Below, piece by piece: positions 11,213-20,648 of a stretch of DNA of 32,000 nucleotides; positions within the stretch are counted from its first letter, which is position 1, and each line of letters begins with the position of its first letter. The notes beneath the pieces were generated by a model that did not search any database, was not told the origin of the DNA, and saw nothing but the letters and a program-made list of their open reading frames with translations. The DNA is from Trichodesmium erythraeum IMS101 (GTDB taxonomy: Bacteria; Cyanobacteriota; Cyanobacteriia; Cyanobacteriales; Microcoleaceae). Position numbers and translations under genes: made by a program. Where the stretch lies: NCBI RefSeq assembly GCF_000014265.1, contig NC_008312.1:2670001-2702000 (forward strand), given 5' to 3'.

Positions 11213-11435
11213 ATTATTGAAGACGTAACACAAAGGTACTATATATAGAGTTCAAAAACTATAACGTTATAGTTTTATGCGCTATATATATGGTCTCGGC
11301 GTAATTTCTATTGCTCCTCCAATGTAACAAATGTAAAAAATATATTGGTAATTCCCACAACTCTTACTCGTTTGTGAATTTTAGGATGCTTATTCTGCAA
11401 CAAAGTCACATTATCGCCATCGAGAATACATTTGC

Positions 11436-11934
11436 TCAGTGTAACTGACCTTCCTCCGCAGCAGTGTCTTGAGCAAAAACTTGTTTATCTACTTCACGTC
11501 GGTAAGCAGCTATATTTTCTACAAACTCATCAACTAAGAAATTATCTTTGAAAATAGCTGCTTATGTCTCCCAAGGATCGGATAGATCGACTTGCTATTG
11601 ATAGATGAACAAAGGTAAATAACATAGTCTCAACGTTACCCACCACAGGTAAGACATCAGAAGACTTGAAAAATCTTCATCATCAAGTAAGCCATGAGCC
11701 ATAAGGTTTCTCAAATTAGAGCCAGAAATATCAACAAGTAAACCTTTCAAGTCAAAAAGCGTATCTTCATCAAAAATGTCTTTTATTTTAGGGAGGTCAA
11801 GAGTCTTGTTTAAATCATCTTTATTCTGAATTATTTTTTCATTATAAACCTCTGATGTACCTAGTATTAACTAGATCTTGCGAGCCAGAGTTAATAAAAT
11901 CTTCTTTAGTAACAGAAGGATCAATAGACAACAT
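11436..11934 (-). pseudogene. Decayed HEPN-type (DUF4209-like) gene remnant
   Basis: One minus-strand frame reads ...DEDTLFDLKGLLVDISGSNLRNLMAHGLLDDEDFSSLLMSYLWWVTLRLCYLP... The Rx4H motif (RNLMAH, 11691-11711) is the HEPN catalytic signature, in the context I recall for DUF4209. That fragment has no start codon. It is interrupted by stops on both sides and continues in another frame (AAIFKDNFLVDEFVENIAAYRREVDKQVFAQD...*). Further debris may extend upstream to about 12360. Confidence 0.45.
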
Positions 11935-12511
11935 ATTTTCACCTTTATTCTAAATTTTGCTAGTATAGTCAAAATTAAATATAAAACAGATAATTCTCAA
12001 ATAAAACTCAAGCAGCTGCTCACAAAGTATTAATATCACAACCACAATTTTCCTGTAAATAATAAGTTATTATCTTAATTATTTCTAATTCCAAAATTTC
12101 ATTTTTTATAACGATTTAATGGGATATTTATCAATTCTTTCCAAATTTATTAGACCAGGATTTTCACCCACAAAACTGTGTGATTCAACAGTCTTTATAA
12201 ATACATGATTTATCGTAGTTATTGCTTCATTTACTGCTTAAAGATCGGGTATAATTATTTATCTATAACATCCAAATATTATTACCAATAAAAGTATTGC
12301 CTTTGTCTAGCAAATAATCTGGCATAGCTTTTGCTAAACCATCTGAATATTATATCAATTGTCACAACCAATAGGTAAATTGTTACATAAGATAAATGTA
12401 AATTTATTTCTGAAAAGCAATAGCTTAAACTAAGCTATAACTTATAAAATTTTACCATAAACTGTTAAAATAATACTTTTGATATTTATCAATTTAAACT
12501 TATAAATTTAA

Positions 12512-14572
12512 GTGACTCGAAAAAAACAGATGAAACAAATCCTCTACCTAGAAGTACCAACACCAGATACAAAAACCGTTTGTCAATGGCTACAATCTAA
12601 ATTTGAAGCTGGTTTCGGCGAAAAAAATATAACTCCAGATGGCTTTATTATCAAATTTCCAGAAGCTCCAACTCAGGAAATTTCTGTATTTGTCTGGTCA
12701 TTACAAAGAACTACCTATTTAAAAGTATTTGCCCAAGGAAATATCTCTCCAATACAAAAAAAATTTACCTCAAACTTAACTACCAATTTGCGAAAAGAAT
12801 TTCCTTTAAATTATCCAGAACCTCCCACAGTCGATCTATCAAATCAGTCAATTTTTACAGCTTTAGCATCAGATTATCCCCTCACAGTCAAATACTTTCA
12901 AAAAATGCCTAGAGGAGAATATGACCTCAACCGTTTATATTGGTGGGAAAAACGTTGGCGTGAAGGAGTTAAAAATCCTCAAAAACCAAAACAAGTACTT
13001 TGGAAAAAAGAGTCTGGAACAAATAATAATTCAATTGAATATGACTTAATTTATGTTGGTGGTGCTCTGGGAACTATTCATGCAGCAGTCATGGCAAGAC
13101 TAGGATATAAAGTATTATTATTAGAACGGTTACCTTTCGGTAAAATGAATCGAGAATGGAATATTTCTCGCTCAGAACTTCAGAGTTTAATTGACTTAGG
13201 TTTATTTACTAACGCAGAAATAGAAAATTTAATTGCCAGAGAATATAAAGATGGATTTAATAAATTTTTTGATGCTAATAACCCTGATTTTTGTAAGGCA
13301 GCAATTCTCCATACTCCCACTGTTTTAAATGTGGCATTAGATTCAGAAAAATTACTGAATATATGCGGAATAAAACTACAAGAAGCTGGAGGAAAAATCG
13401 TCGATGAAACAGAATTTATTAAAGCTGAAATTGAACCAGAAAAAGTTATAATTCACACTCAAAATTTATCTAGCAAAACTGAAGAAATTTTCTGTGGGCG
13501 TTTATTAGTAGATGCCATGGGTACTGCTTCTCCTATCGCCTGGCAATTAAATGGTAAACGTGCTTTTGATAGTGTTTGTCCGACAGTCGGAGCAATAATT
13601 GATGGTGGATTTGAAGCAGGTGTTTGGGATTCAAATTATGGAGATGTTCTAAATAGTCATGGGGATATTTCTCGTGGTCGACAATTGATTTGGGAGTTGT
13701 TTCCCGGTGCTGGAAATGAATTAACAATTTATCTATTTCATTATCATCAAGTTCATCCTGAAAATCCTGGTTCTCTGTTAGAAATGTACGAAGATTTTTT
13801 CACTATTTTACCAGAATATCGACGCTGTGACATGGAGAAATTAGTATGGAAAAAGCCAACTTTTGGTTATATTCCTGGGCATTTTAGTATTAAAGCCAGC
13901 GATCGTCAAATTGCTTTTGACCGTTTAGTTTGTATTGGTGATGCTGCTTCTCTTCAGTCTCCTTTAGTATTTACTGGTTTTGGGTCTTTGGTCAGAAATT
14001 TACCTCGTTTAACCGAGCTTTTAGATACTGCTTTAAAACACGATTTACTTAGTGCTAATCACTTAAATAAAATTCGTGCTTATCAAAGCAATATTGCTAT
14101 TACTTGGTTATTTTCTAAAGGTATGATGGTGCCCACAGGTAAATATTTACCCCCCCAAAGAATTAATTCTATTTTGAATACTTTTTTTGGGTTATTAGCA
14201 GACTCGCCCCCGGAAGTAGCAGATACTTTTATTAAAGACCGAGCTAATTGGTGGATGTTTACAAAATTAGCCCTTAAAGCAGCCAGAAAAAATTCTTATC
14301 TTTTATTATGGATTCTAGATTTTATTAATTTTCAGGAAATATTACTTTGGACAATAAGTTATATAAATTTTACTTTGTTTAGTTTGGTAAGTTGGTTATT
14401 AGGATGGTTGCCTAACTTTGCCCGTTGGATTCAACCTTGGTTAGAACCTCGTTATCCTGGTTTATGGTTTTGGATATTAGCAAATAGTTATGCCTTAACC
14501 TATAATGTCGGTCAACCACAGATAAACTTTAAATTACAAAAGCCATTTCAGTCCGAAAGCTTGTCTGGGTAA
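12512..14572 (+). CDS. FAD-dependent oxidoreductase of the lycopene-cyclase (CruA/CruP-like) family with a C-terminal membrane anchor
   Basis: Rossmann dinucleotide fold 'YDLIYVGGALGTIHAAVMARLGYKVLLLER' starts at about aa 178. 'CIGDAASLQSPLVFTGFGSL' resembles the conserved GDA..QSPL.F.GFG box of CruA/CruP-type proteins. The last ~110 aa are Trp/Leu-rich hydrophobic spans. The ORF opens with GTG at 12512; ATG at 12530 (MKQILYLEV) is the more likely start. Confidence 0.7.
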   Translation: MTRKKQMKQILYLEVPTPDTKTVCQWLQSKFEAGFGEKNITPDGFIIKFPEAPTQEISVFVWSLQRTTYLKVFAQGNISPIQKKFTSNLTTNLRKEFPLNYPEPPTVDLSNQSIFTALASDYPLTVKYFQKMPRGEYDLNRLYWWEKRWREGVKNPQKPKQVLWKKESGTNNNSIEYDLIYVGGALGTIHAAVMARLGYKVLLLERLPFGKMNREWNISRSELQSLIDLGLFTNAEIENLIAREYKDGFNKFFDANNPDFCKAAILHTPTVLNVALDSEKLLNICGIKLQEAGGKIVDETEFIKAEIEPEKVIIHTQNLSSKTEEIFCGRLLVDAMGTASPIAWQLNGKRAFDSVCPTVGAIIDGGFEAGVWDSNYGDVLNSHGDISRGRQLIWELFPGAGNELTIYLFHYHQVHPENPGSLLEMYEDFFTILPEYRRCDMEKLVWKKPTFGYIPGHFSIKASDRQIAFDRLVCIGDAASLQSPLVFTGFGSLVRNLPRLTELLDTALKHDLLSANHLNKIRAYQSNIAITWLFSKGMMVPTGKYLPPQRINSILNTFFGLLADSPPEVADTFIKDRANWWMFTKLALKAARKNSYLLLWILDFINFQEILLWTISYINFTLFSLVSWLLGWLPNFARWIQPWLEPRYPGLWFWILANSYALTYNVGQPQINFKLQKPFQSESLSG

Positions 14573-15140
14573 TAATCACCATTACTATGGTAAATTACAT
14601 TCATATTTCTTGTATGAGCGACAAAATAATTTGACTTTTTCCCAGGGGTAACAATAGTTCCTGTTAGCTTTACACTCTCATCACAAAACGAGCAAGTAAT
14701 ATAAACTTTAACATTGTTTTCTCTTGCATAATTGTTAACTTTATGCATCGCTGGCTCAAAGTCAGTCGGCGATCGCTCTTCAAGTATTTATTCAGCCCAT
14801 AAGCATCATAACTCAACCCCAAAGAATTAACTCTTGCCCTTAAACTCCAGCCAAAATCAATACCCAAAGGTCCCACCCTAGGAGAATATAAAGGGAAAAA
14901 TTTTTTGAATCCCATACTAAAGTTTAGTTGAGGAACTTGATAGACAAATAACTTTGCTTCTTGCCCCAACAGCAATTTAAAAGTCATTCAGAAGTATTAG
15001 GATTTGAATAAAAACATTGAATACCTAAATTAAACTCATCTTCAGCTACAGATTTCTTTCTATAAACTAGTTGATTAACACCCTTATTTAATTTCTCAAA
15101 AAAGTCGCCAATAACATTAGTAATAGTCTCTAATAAACCT
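14548..15140 (-). pseudogene. Possible frameshifted/decayed gene of unknown function
   Basis: Three consecutive minus-strand open stretches lie in different frames. They are: KLYKYYKLEGLLETITNVIGDFFEKLNKGVNQLVYRKKSVAEDEFNLGIQCFYSNPNTSE*; the 105-aa ORF 14670-14987; and the 66-aa ORF 14548-14748. They abut or overlap as expected for two frameshifts in one former gene. No family was recognised. Confidence 0.35.
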
Positions 15141-15175
15141 TCTAATTTATAATATTTATATAGTTTTTATTAACC

Positions 15176-15290
15176 ATCCAATTTTCCATAATCAATATCT
15201 TATTCTTTTTCTTAATTCTCCAATTTTCCATAATCAACATCTTATTCTTTTTCTTAATTATCCAACTTTCTATCATTAACATCTTTTTCT
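15176..15290. repeat. 42-bp tandem repeat, about 2.7 copies
   Basis: 15176-15217 and 15218-15259 differ at only a few positions (ATCCAATTTTCCATAATCAATATCTTATTCTTTTTCTTAATT versus CTCCAATTTTCCATAATCAACATCTTATTCTTTTTCTTAATT). A third, diverged copy follows. Confidence 0.85.
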
Positions 15291-15685
15291 GGAAGGATAT
15301 TTTTAACTATAAACGATAAATATAGTTAGCGATCGCTCAACTTAAAAAAATCAACATTAATTAACTTATCATGCCCATCATATTGAACTTCTTTGGTATG
15401 TTTAATACTTACAACTTCAACTTTAAACTTTAATAATTATAGGTATTACCAAAAAATCACATCTAAAACCTCCCCTTTTAAAGAAATAAAAAAACATTCA
15501 TTTAGCGCTCCGCACAACTTCATAATACTAACATTTAGCTCCAACAAACCCAGTTGATTATATAATACTTCCATAAAAAGCAGATTTAATCCAATCAATA
15601 ATTACGCAAACAGTTGACAGTTTTACTAACTCACCAGAAGATAAGAATATCCCAAAAATTTACTATTTCCTATTTATCCAAAAAC

Positions 15686-17011
15686 ATGACTACTAAAAAA
15701 CCAAAAATTATTGTTATAGATGACGATCCCACAGGTTCCCAAACTGTTCATAGCTGCCTACTCCTAACCAAGTGGGATATAGAAACCCTCAAATTAGGAT
15801 TACTTGACGAATCTCCCATATTTTTTATCCTCTCAAATACTCGCGCTCTGACTCCCGAACAAGCAGCAACTGTAACACGAGAAATCACACAAAATCTGAC
15901 AGAAGCGATCGCTCAATCAAACATTCAAGATTTTTTAGTTGTCAGTCGTTCCGACTCTACTCTACGGGGTCACTACCCAATAGAAACAGATACTATTGCA
16001 GCAGAACTAGGTCAGTTTGATGCTCATTTCCTAATTCCAGCATTTTTTGAATGTGGAAGAATTACCCGTAACAGTACCCACTATTTAATAGTCAATGGTG
16101 TAGAAACCCCAGTTCACGAAACAGAATTTGCCAAAGACTCTGTATTTGGCTACACAAGTAGTTATTTGCCTGATTATGTGGAGGAAAAAACTCAAGCTCA
16201 GATCAAAGCAGAAATTGTAGAAAAATTTACACTTAATGACATTCGTTCTGGCAGTTTAGAACGTTTAATGAAACTGACTGGCAACCAATGTGGCGTTGTA
16301 GATGGAGAAACTCAAGCAGACTTAGATAGATTTGCCAATGATTTATTGGCAGCAGCAAGTCAAGGTAAAAAGTTTTTGTTGCGCAGTGCTGCCAGTATTT
16401 TAACTTCCCTCACTGCTTTGAGTTCTCAACCTGTAGCTGCCGAGGAAATGAGACAATATGTCAGAGGTGGGAAACCAGGTGTAATTATTGTTGGTTCTCA
16501 CGTGAAGAAGTCTACTCAACAGTTGGAAAGGTTATTACAAGAATCTGAAGTAGTAGGTGTAGAAGTAGATGTATCTCATTTAGTTGAAGACTTTCAAGAG
16601 CAAAGAGCCACTTTACTAAAAAACATTCTCGAAAAAGTTTCTGCTGTTAATACAGAAGGGAAAACAACAGTTGTTTATACAAGTCGCAAAGAGTTGACTT
16701 TTGAAAATGTGCAGGTGCGTTTAGAGTTTGGTGTAGCAGTGTCGGAATTATTAATGGATATTGTTCGGGGTCTGCCAGAGGATATTGGATTTTTAATTAG
16801 TAAAGGTGGAATTACTTCTAATGATACCTTGAGTAAAGGTTTAGCTTTAACTACTGCCAGGTTATTAGGTCAGGTTTTAGAAGGTTGTTCAATAGTGCGG
16901 ACTCCAGATTATCATCCTCAGTTTCCTGAATTACCTGTGGTATTATTTCCAGGGAATGTTGGAGATGTAGATGGGTTAGTAACAGTTTATCAGCGTTTGA
17001 GTGGAAAGTAA
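15686..17011 (+). CDS. Four-carbon acid-sugar kinase family protein (DUF1537)
   Basis: 'KIIVIDDDPTGSQTVH' near the N-terminus and 'ISKGGITSND' near the C-terminus are the signature segments of DUF1537 kinases. The ORF track starts at TTG 15614, but ATG 15686 (MTTKKPKIIVIDDDPTG) fits the family N-terminus better. Confidence 0.75.
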   Translation: MTTKKPKIIVIDDDPTGSQTVHSCLLLTKWDIETLKLGLLDESPIFFILSNTRALTPEQAATVTREITQNLTEAIAQSNIQDFLVVSRSDSTLRGHYPIETDTIAAELGQFDAHFLIPAFFECGRITRNSTHYLIVNGVETPVHETEFAKDSVFGYTSSYLPDYVEEKTQAQIKAEIVEKFTLNDIRSGSLERLMKLTGNQCGVVDGETQADLDRFANDLLAAASQGKKFLLRSAASILTSLTALSSQPVAAEEMRQYVRGGKPGVIIVGSHVKKSTQQLERLLQESEVVGVEVDVSHLVEDFQEQRATLLKNILEKVSAVNTEGKTTVVYTSRKELTFENVQVRLEFGVAVSELLMDIVRGLPEDIGFLISKGGITSNDTLSKGLALTTARLLGQVLEGCSIVRTPDYHPQFPELPVVLFPGNVGDVDGLVTVYQRLSGK

Positions 17012-17862
17012 TTCCAGAAATGGCGAATATTACTCATCCATTGAGTATAGTCATTGACCTGCAACTCGTTACTTGGAAAAAATTAGTTAAAAGCTAAATA
17101 TAGTAAACCTTTGGGAATTAGTATTAGAGAGAATTATATTCGATAAGAAGCCACCAGACTAATGTACCTACTGATGGTAACAATTAGCAATGAATAAAGC
17201 TAAAACACCCATGAGTACGAGTAATAATATTTCCAGAAATTTTTGCTCACACACAAGGCAACAAACTTGAGGCTGAACATACCCAGTATATCTATATTTC
17301 CTCTAGTTTAGCACATTAGCTAATTAAGGTAATTTATCTGTAGCAAAAACAACTTCTGATGCTATTTTTAACAGGAATTATGTCAACTCCTAGATCATAT
17401 CCTATCTGTAGGGGTTAACAACTATTAAACCTGACTAGATATAGCAGTTGGTGCGTAAGTCTTCCTTAAATTATCTTACAATTACACGGGGCTTGACTAC
17501 CTACACCGAAGTTCTTCGAGAGTAGGCATTTCAACCCCGAAAACTCATCTCTCTCTGGCAAGGCTTCCGTCTTTAGCTATGGCTCTGTTTCCGAAAAATC
17601 TGGTTCACCTAACTCCTCAAGAACAGACTCAAACTTAAGCTAATCAAGGTTTGTGAATTAATAACCAATGACTATGGGAAAATTGTCGTAAGTTGTTGAA
17701 GTAGTAAGGTGAGTGCCATATTAAATATTATCTTATTTTGGACTTTGCTAAAAAATAATTAGAGATTGAGTATTAGGTAAGAGTAAACTAAAGGTCAAGC
17801 AGAACTAAAAGTAATACTTTTTTTCTTGACTCTTATACCCAATGCTCCACTTTTAGTATTTG

Positions 17863-18063
17863 TTAGGAAGTTGGTTCTATTTCATCTTCAAAAAACCAAG
17901 TTCCCATTTTTTCTTCAAATTTTACCCAGAAACCGACTCCACTACCATCTACCATTTTGAATTCTGTGATTGTACCAATGGGATTTTCTTTGATTCGGTT
18001 AATCATTTTTTCAGGTATTGGTTGTCTAATTCGACACACTTTTACTTTTTGACCTATTTTCAT
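17863..18063 (-). CDS. petP: Cytochrome b6f complex subunit PetP (DUF2862)
   Basis: 66 aa. 'MKIGQKVKVCRIR...FKMVDGSGVGFWVKFEEKMGTWFFEDEIE' closely parallels cyanobacterial PetP (GQKVKV.R.R ... KM.DGSG.G..V.F.D....WFFEDE). An AGGAG lies about 13 nt upstream of the ATG. Confidence 0.75.
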   Translation of the reverse strand: MKIGQKVKVCRIRQPIPEKMINRIKENPIGTITEFKMVDGSGVGFWVKFEEKMGTWFFEDEIEPTS

Positions 18064-18165
18064 TTTTATTTACGATGTTCTCCTGTTGGTATTAATTAAT
18101 CCACAGTTTATCTGAAATTAGTGTTTGAGGATAGCTATATTATACAAGTCAAAAGTCGAATTTTT

Positions 18166-18332
18166 AAAGTCAAGAGTTAAAATCCCAGTGCAACTGAGGT
18201 TTTTTATGAAATCTCGTTCATATAGTAGCATTAACAGTCAAAAGCTCAAATTGAAAAGTCATGGATTCAAAAGTTAAAAGTTAAAATCTTGGTGTAATTG
18301 AGGTATCTTATCAAACCTCATTGATAAAGTAG
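18166..18332. repeat. Two direct copies (~63 nt, roughly three-quarters identical) of a MITE-like AAAGT(C/T)AA..GTTAAAATC..GAGGT repeat
   Basis: 18166-18228 aligns with 18269-18332. Both start AAAGTYAARAGTTAAAATC, contain TGAGGT...hairpin arms and end AGTAG. Related AAAAGTCAA/AAAGTTAAAA motifs also occur at about 6900-6960. Confidence 0.6.
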
Positions 18333-18585
18333 ATTAATATTAAGCCTCTAACTCAGGAGATTGAATGTATAAAAAATCGGGAGAAGCAATATTTACCAAT
18401 TAAATCTTAATCTGATCCAGTTCCTAGCAACTGAAATAGATAAAATTCCGGCTTATCTAAAACACAGGATAATTTTTGCTCCCCCAATAATCTCCCATAA
18501 AAACCAATTAGAATTAACTTGATCCATTAACCTCTACTCTAAAATCGGTAATAATATACTCTGAATTCTAAAGTAATTGATTTAT

Positions 18586-19356
18586 ATGTTGGCCAAAAGA
18601 ATTTTACCTTGTCTTGATGTTAATGCAGGTCGAGTGGTCAAAGGAGTTAACTTCGTGAATCTTCAAGATGCTGGAGACCCTGTGGAACTAGCCCAAGTAT
18701 ATAATCACGCTGGTGCTGATGAGTTAGTATTTCTAGATATTACGGCCACTCACGAAGACCGAGATACAATCATAGATGTGGTTTATCGAACTGCAGAGCA
18801 AGTTTTTATTCCTTTGACAGTAGGAGGTGGTATTCAATCCTTAGAAAACATTAAAAATTTGTTAAGAGCAGGTGCAGACAAAGTTAGTATAAATTCAGCA
18901 GCAGTACGTAACCCTAACCTAATTAATCAGGCCAGTGACCGTTTTGGAAATCAATGTATTGTAGTAGCTATTGATGCTTGTCGTCGTTGTGAACCAGACA
19001 ACCTAGGATGGGATGTCTATGTGCGAGGTGGCCGCGAAAATACTGGCAAGGATGCGATCGCTTGGGCAATAGAAGTAGAAAAAAGAGGAGCAGGAGAAGT
19101 CCTCCTCACAAGTATGGATGCTGATGGAACCCAAGCAGGCTATGACCTAGAGCTTACAAGAACTATAGCAGAAAGTGTTCAGATTCCAGTAATTGCCTCT
19201 GGGGGGGCAGGTAACTGCCAACATATCTTTCAGGCTTTAACTGAAGGTAAAGCAGAAGCAGCATTGCTGGCTTCTTTACTACATTATGGTCAACTAAGTA
19301 TAGCAGAAATTAAGGATTATCTGGCGGGCCATGAAGTCCCTGTAAGACAAAGTTGA
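18586..19356 (+). CDS. hisF: Imidazole glycerol phosphate synthase, cyclase subunit HisF
   Basis: Motifs present: '[21 protein letters not shown]', '[10 protein letters not shown]', 'PLTVGGGI', '[11 protein letters not shown]', 'IASGGAG'. ATG 18586 is preferred over the upstream TTG 18577. Confidence 0.95.
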   Translation: MLAKRILPCLDVNAGRVVKGVNFVNLQDAGDPVELAQVYNHAGADELVFLDITATHEDRDTIIDVVYRTAEQVFIPLTVGGGIQSLENIKNLLRAGADKVSINSAAVRNPNLINQASDRFGNQCIVVAIDACRRCEPDNLGWDVYVRGGRENTGKDAIAWAIEVEKRGAGEVLLTSMDADGTQAGYDLELTRTIAESVQIPVIASGGAGNCQHIFQALTEGKAEAALLASLLHYGQLSIAEIKDYLAGHEVPVRQS

Positions 19357-19464
19357 TTTGAGTTGACTTGTAACTGTATATTCAAGATCTTAATATTTCT
19401 TGATATTTAGAAGCATTTTTAATAAATATTGTTAGAATAAGAGAATTGTTACAAACTGTAACTT

Positions 19465-19677
19465 ATGCTGGTCACAATTCTTATACTTGATGTTGCTTTA
19501 GTTGCTTGGTCTCTGCATTTAATGCAAGAGTCATTCTATCATAAAGAGTGTTCTCTAATGCTTGCAAGTATCTTAGTCGCTATATCTGCTGTAGCAATGA
19601 TGGTGGTTTATTTTCTTATGGGTACTTGTATAACTCACCTAACTCAAATGTCTCAACATTCCTACACATATTTTTAA
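19465..19677 (+). CDS. Hypothetical small membrane protein (70 aa, two hydrophobic spans)
   Basis: ORF only; no recognisable family. The region is AT-rich, so this could be a chance ORF. Confidence 0.25.
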   Translation: MLVTILILDVALVAWSLHLMQESFYHKECSLMLASILVAISAVAMMVVYFLMGTCITHLTQMSQHSYTYF

Positions 19678-20366
19678 TCGTACGATAGTGCCAAAATATT
19701 TATAAAAATGTTTCATTAGACTCTATTAAACTTTGATTAAGTGATTGTTGAGATTTAATTAACTCTATCTATCTTTGAGCTATTTATGGCCAGAAGCTGC
19801 GTAACCCACCTTACCTCTTGATGGGATGACATGGTATTTTCTCTGTGAAAAATATCAAAGTACCATTAGGCAAATTACTATTAAGCTGGTTATTTAAATT
19901 ATTAGTTATTAGTTTTCATTACTGTGTAATGTTCCTAAATAGGTCTAGCTGATTAATTCTCAAAGCATTAAGAAAAATTATCCTTTAGCCAATACTTTAA
20001 GCTCATCAAAGTACTAAAAGTTCGGTAGCTCAATCTCATACATGGCTCTGATTTTTGGCATCCCTAGGCAAAAAAATCAGGGGACAATTCTTACTGGACC
20101 AAACCTGGTGACTAACTCATTTATTGGAGCTTCCCTGTTTCCGTTCCTATCCTTATCTCATTAGACAATATATGTGCTTACCAAAATTTGGCCACATAAC
20201 ATACTATGGCTGAAGTTAAAAGTTGAGAGACTGAAACCATTGTCGTGACGAGGGATAGAACTTAAGTTTGTAGCAGCGACTCAATTTGAAAGACTTAAGA
20301 ATATTCTATAATAATAGTAACTGCTACAGATGATGGGAATGTGGTAGAATATTTTTGATTAATTTA

Positions 20367-20395
20367 TTGACAAAAGAATAAAAACCAGGTATACT
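20367..20395 (+). promoter_or_regulatory. Sigma-70-type promoter of tRNA-Ala: TTGACA, 17-nt spacer, TATACT
   Basis: TTGACA at 20367-20372, exactly 17 nt of spacer, TATACT at 20390-20395. The predicted start lies about 10 nt before the mature tRNA 5' end at 20413. Confidence 0.6.
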
Positions 20396-20412
20396 AATAA
20401 ATGTTTTAGTTA

Positions 20413-20485
20413 GGGGTTATAGCTCAGTTGGTAGAGCACCTCAATGGCATTGAGGGGGCCAGCGGTTCGAGTCCGCTTAGCTCCA
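20413..20485 (+). tRNA. tRNA-Ala (anticodon GGC)
   Basis: 73-nt cloverleaf folded by hand: acceptor GGGGTTA/TAGCTCC with the G3:U70 alanine identity pair, D arm GCTC/GAGC, anticodon arm CCTCA-ATGGCAT-TGAGG (anticodon GGC), T arm AGCGG-TTCGAGT-CCGCT, discriminator A. CCA is not encoded. Confidence 0.95.
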
Positions 20486-20648
20486 TATTACTTATGAACA
20501 TTTAACAGATGATAGCTTTGGTTTGGTAATCTATCACTTAAGAGAATGGAGAGATAAAGAATAATAGGGAACAGGTAAAAAATATTAATTCGGTAAATCG
20601 TAGCACATTAACAATGAAATATAGTATTTTTTCTATTCCCTATTGCCT

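Noticed and set aside
17860-18099. 79-aa + strand ORF
   Set aside because: It is antisense to petP, which has strong family similarity and a ribosome-binding site. The + strand product is Phe/Tyr-rich and low-complexity.
17560-20125. Possible repeat between ~17570-17620 (TATGGCTCTGTTTCC...CTGGTTCACCTAACTC) and ~20040-20120 (CATGGCTCTGATTTT...CTGGTGACTAACTC)
   Set aside because: Only two short shared strings with different spacing; too weak to call without an alignment tool.
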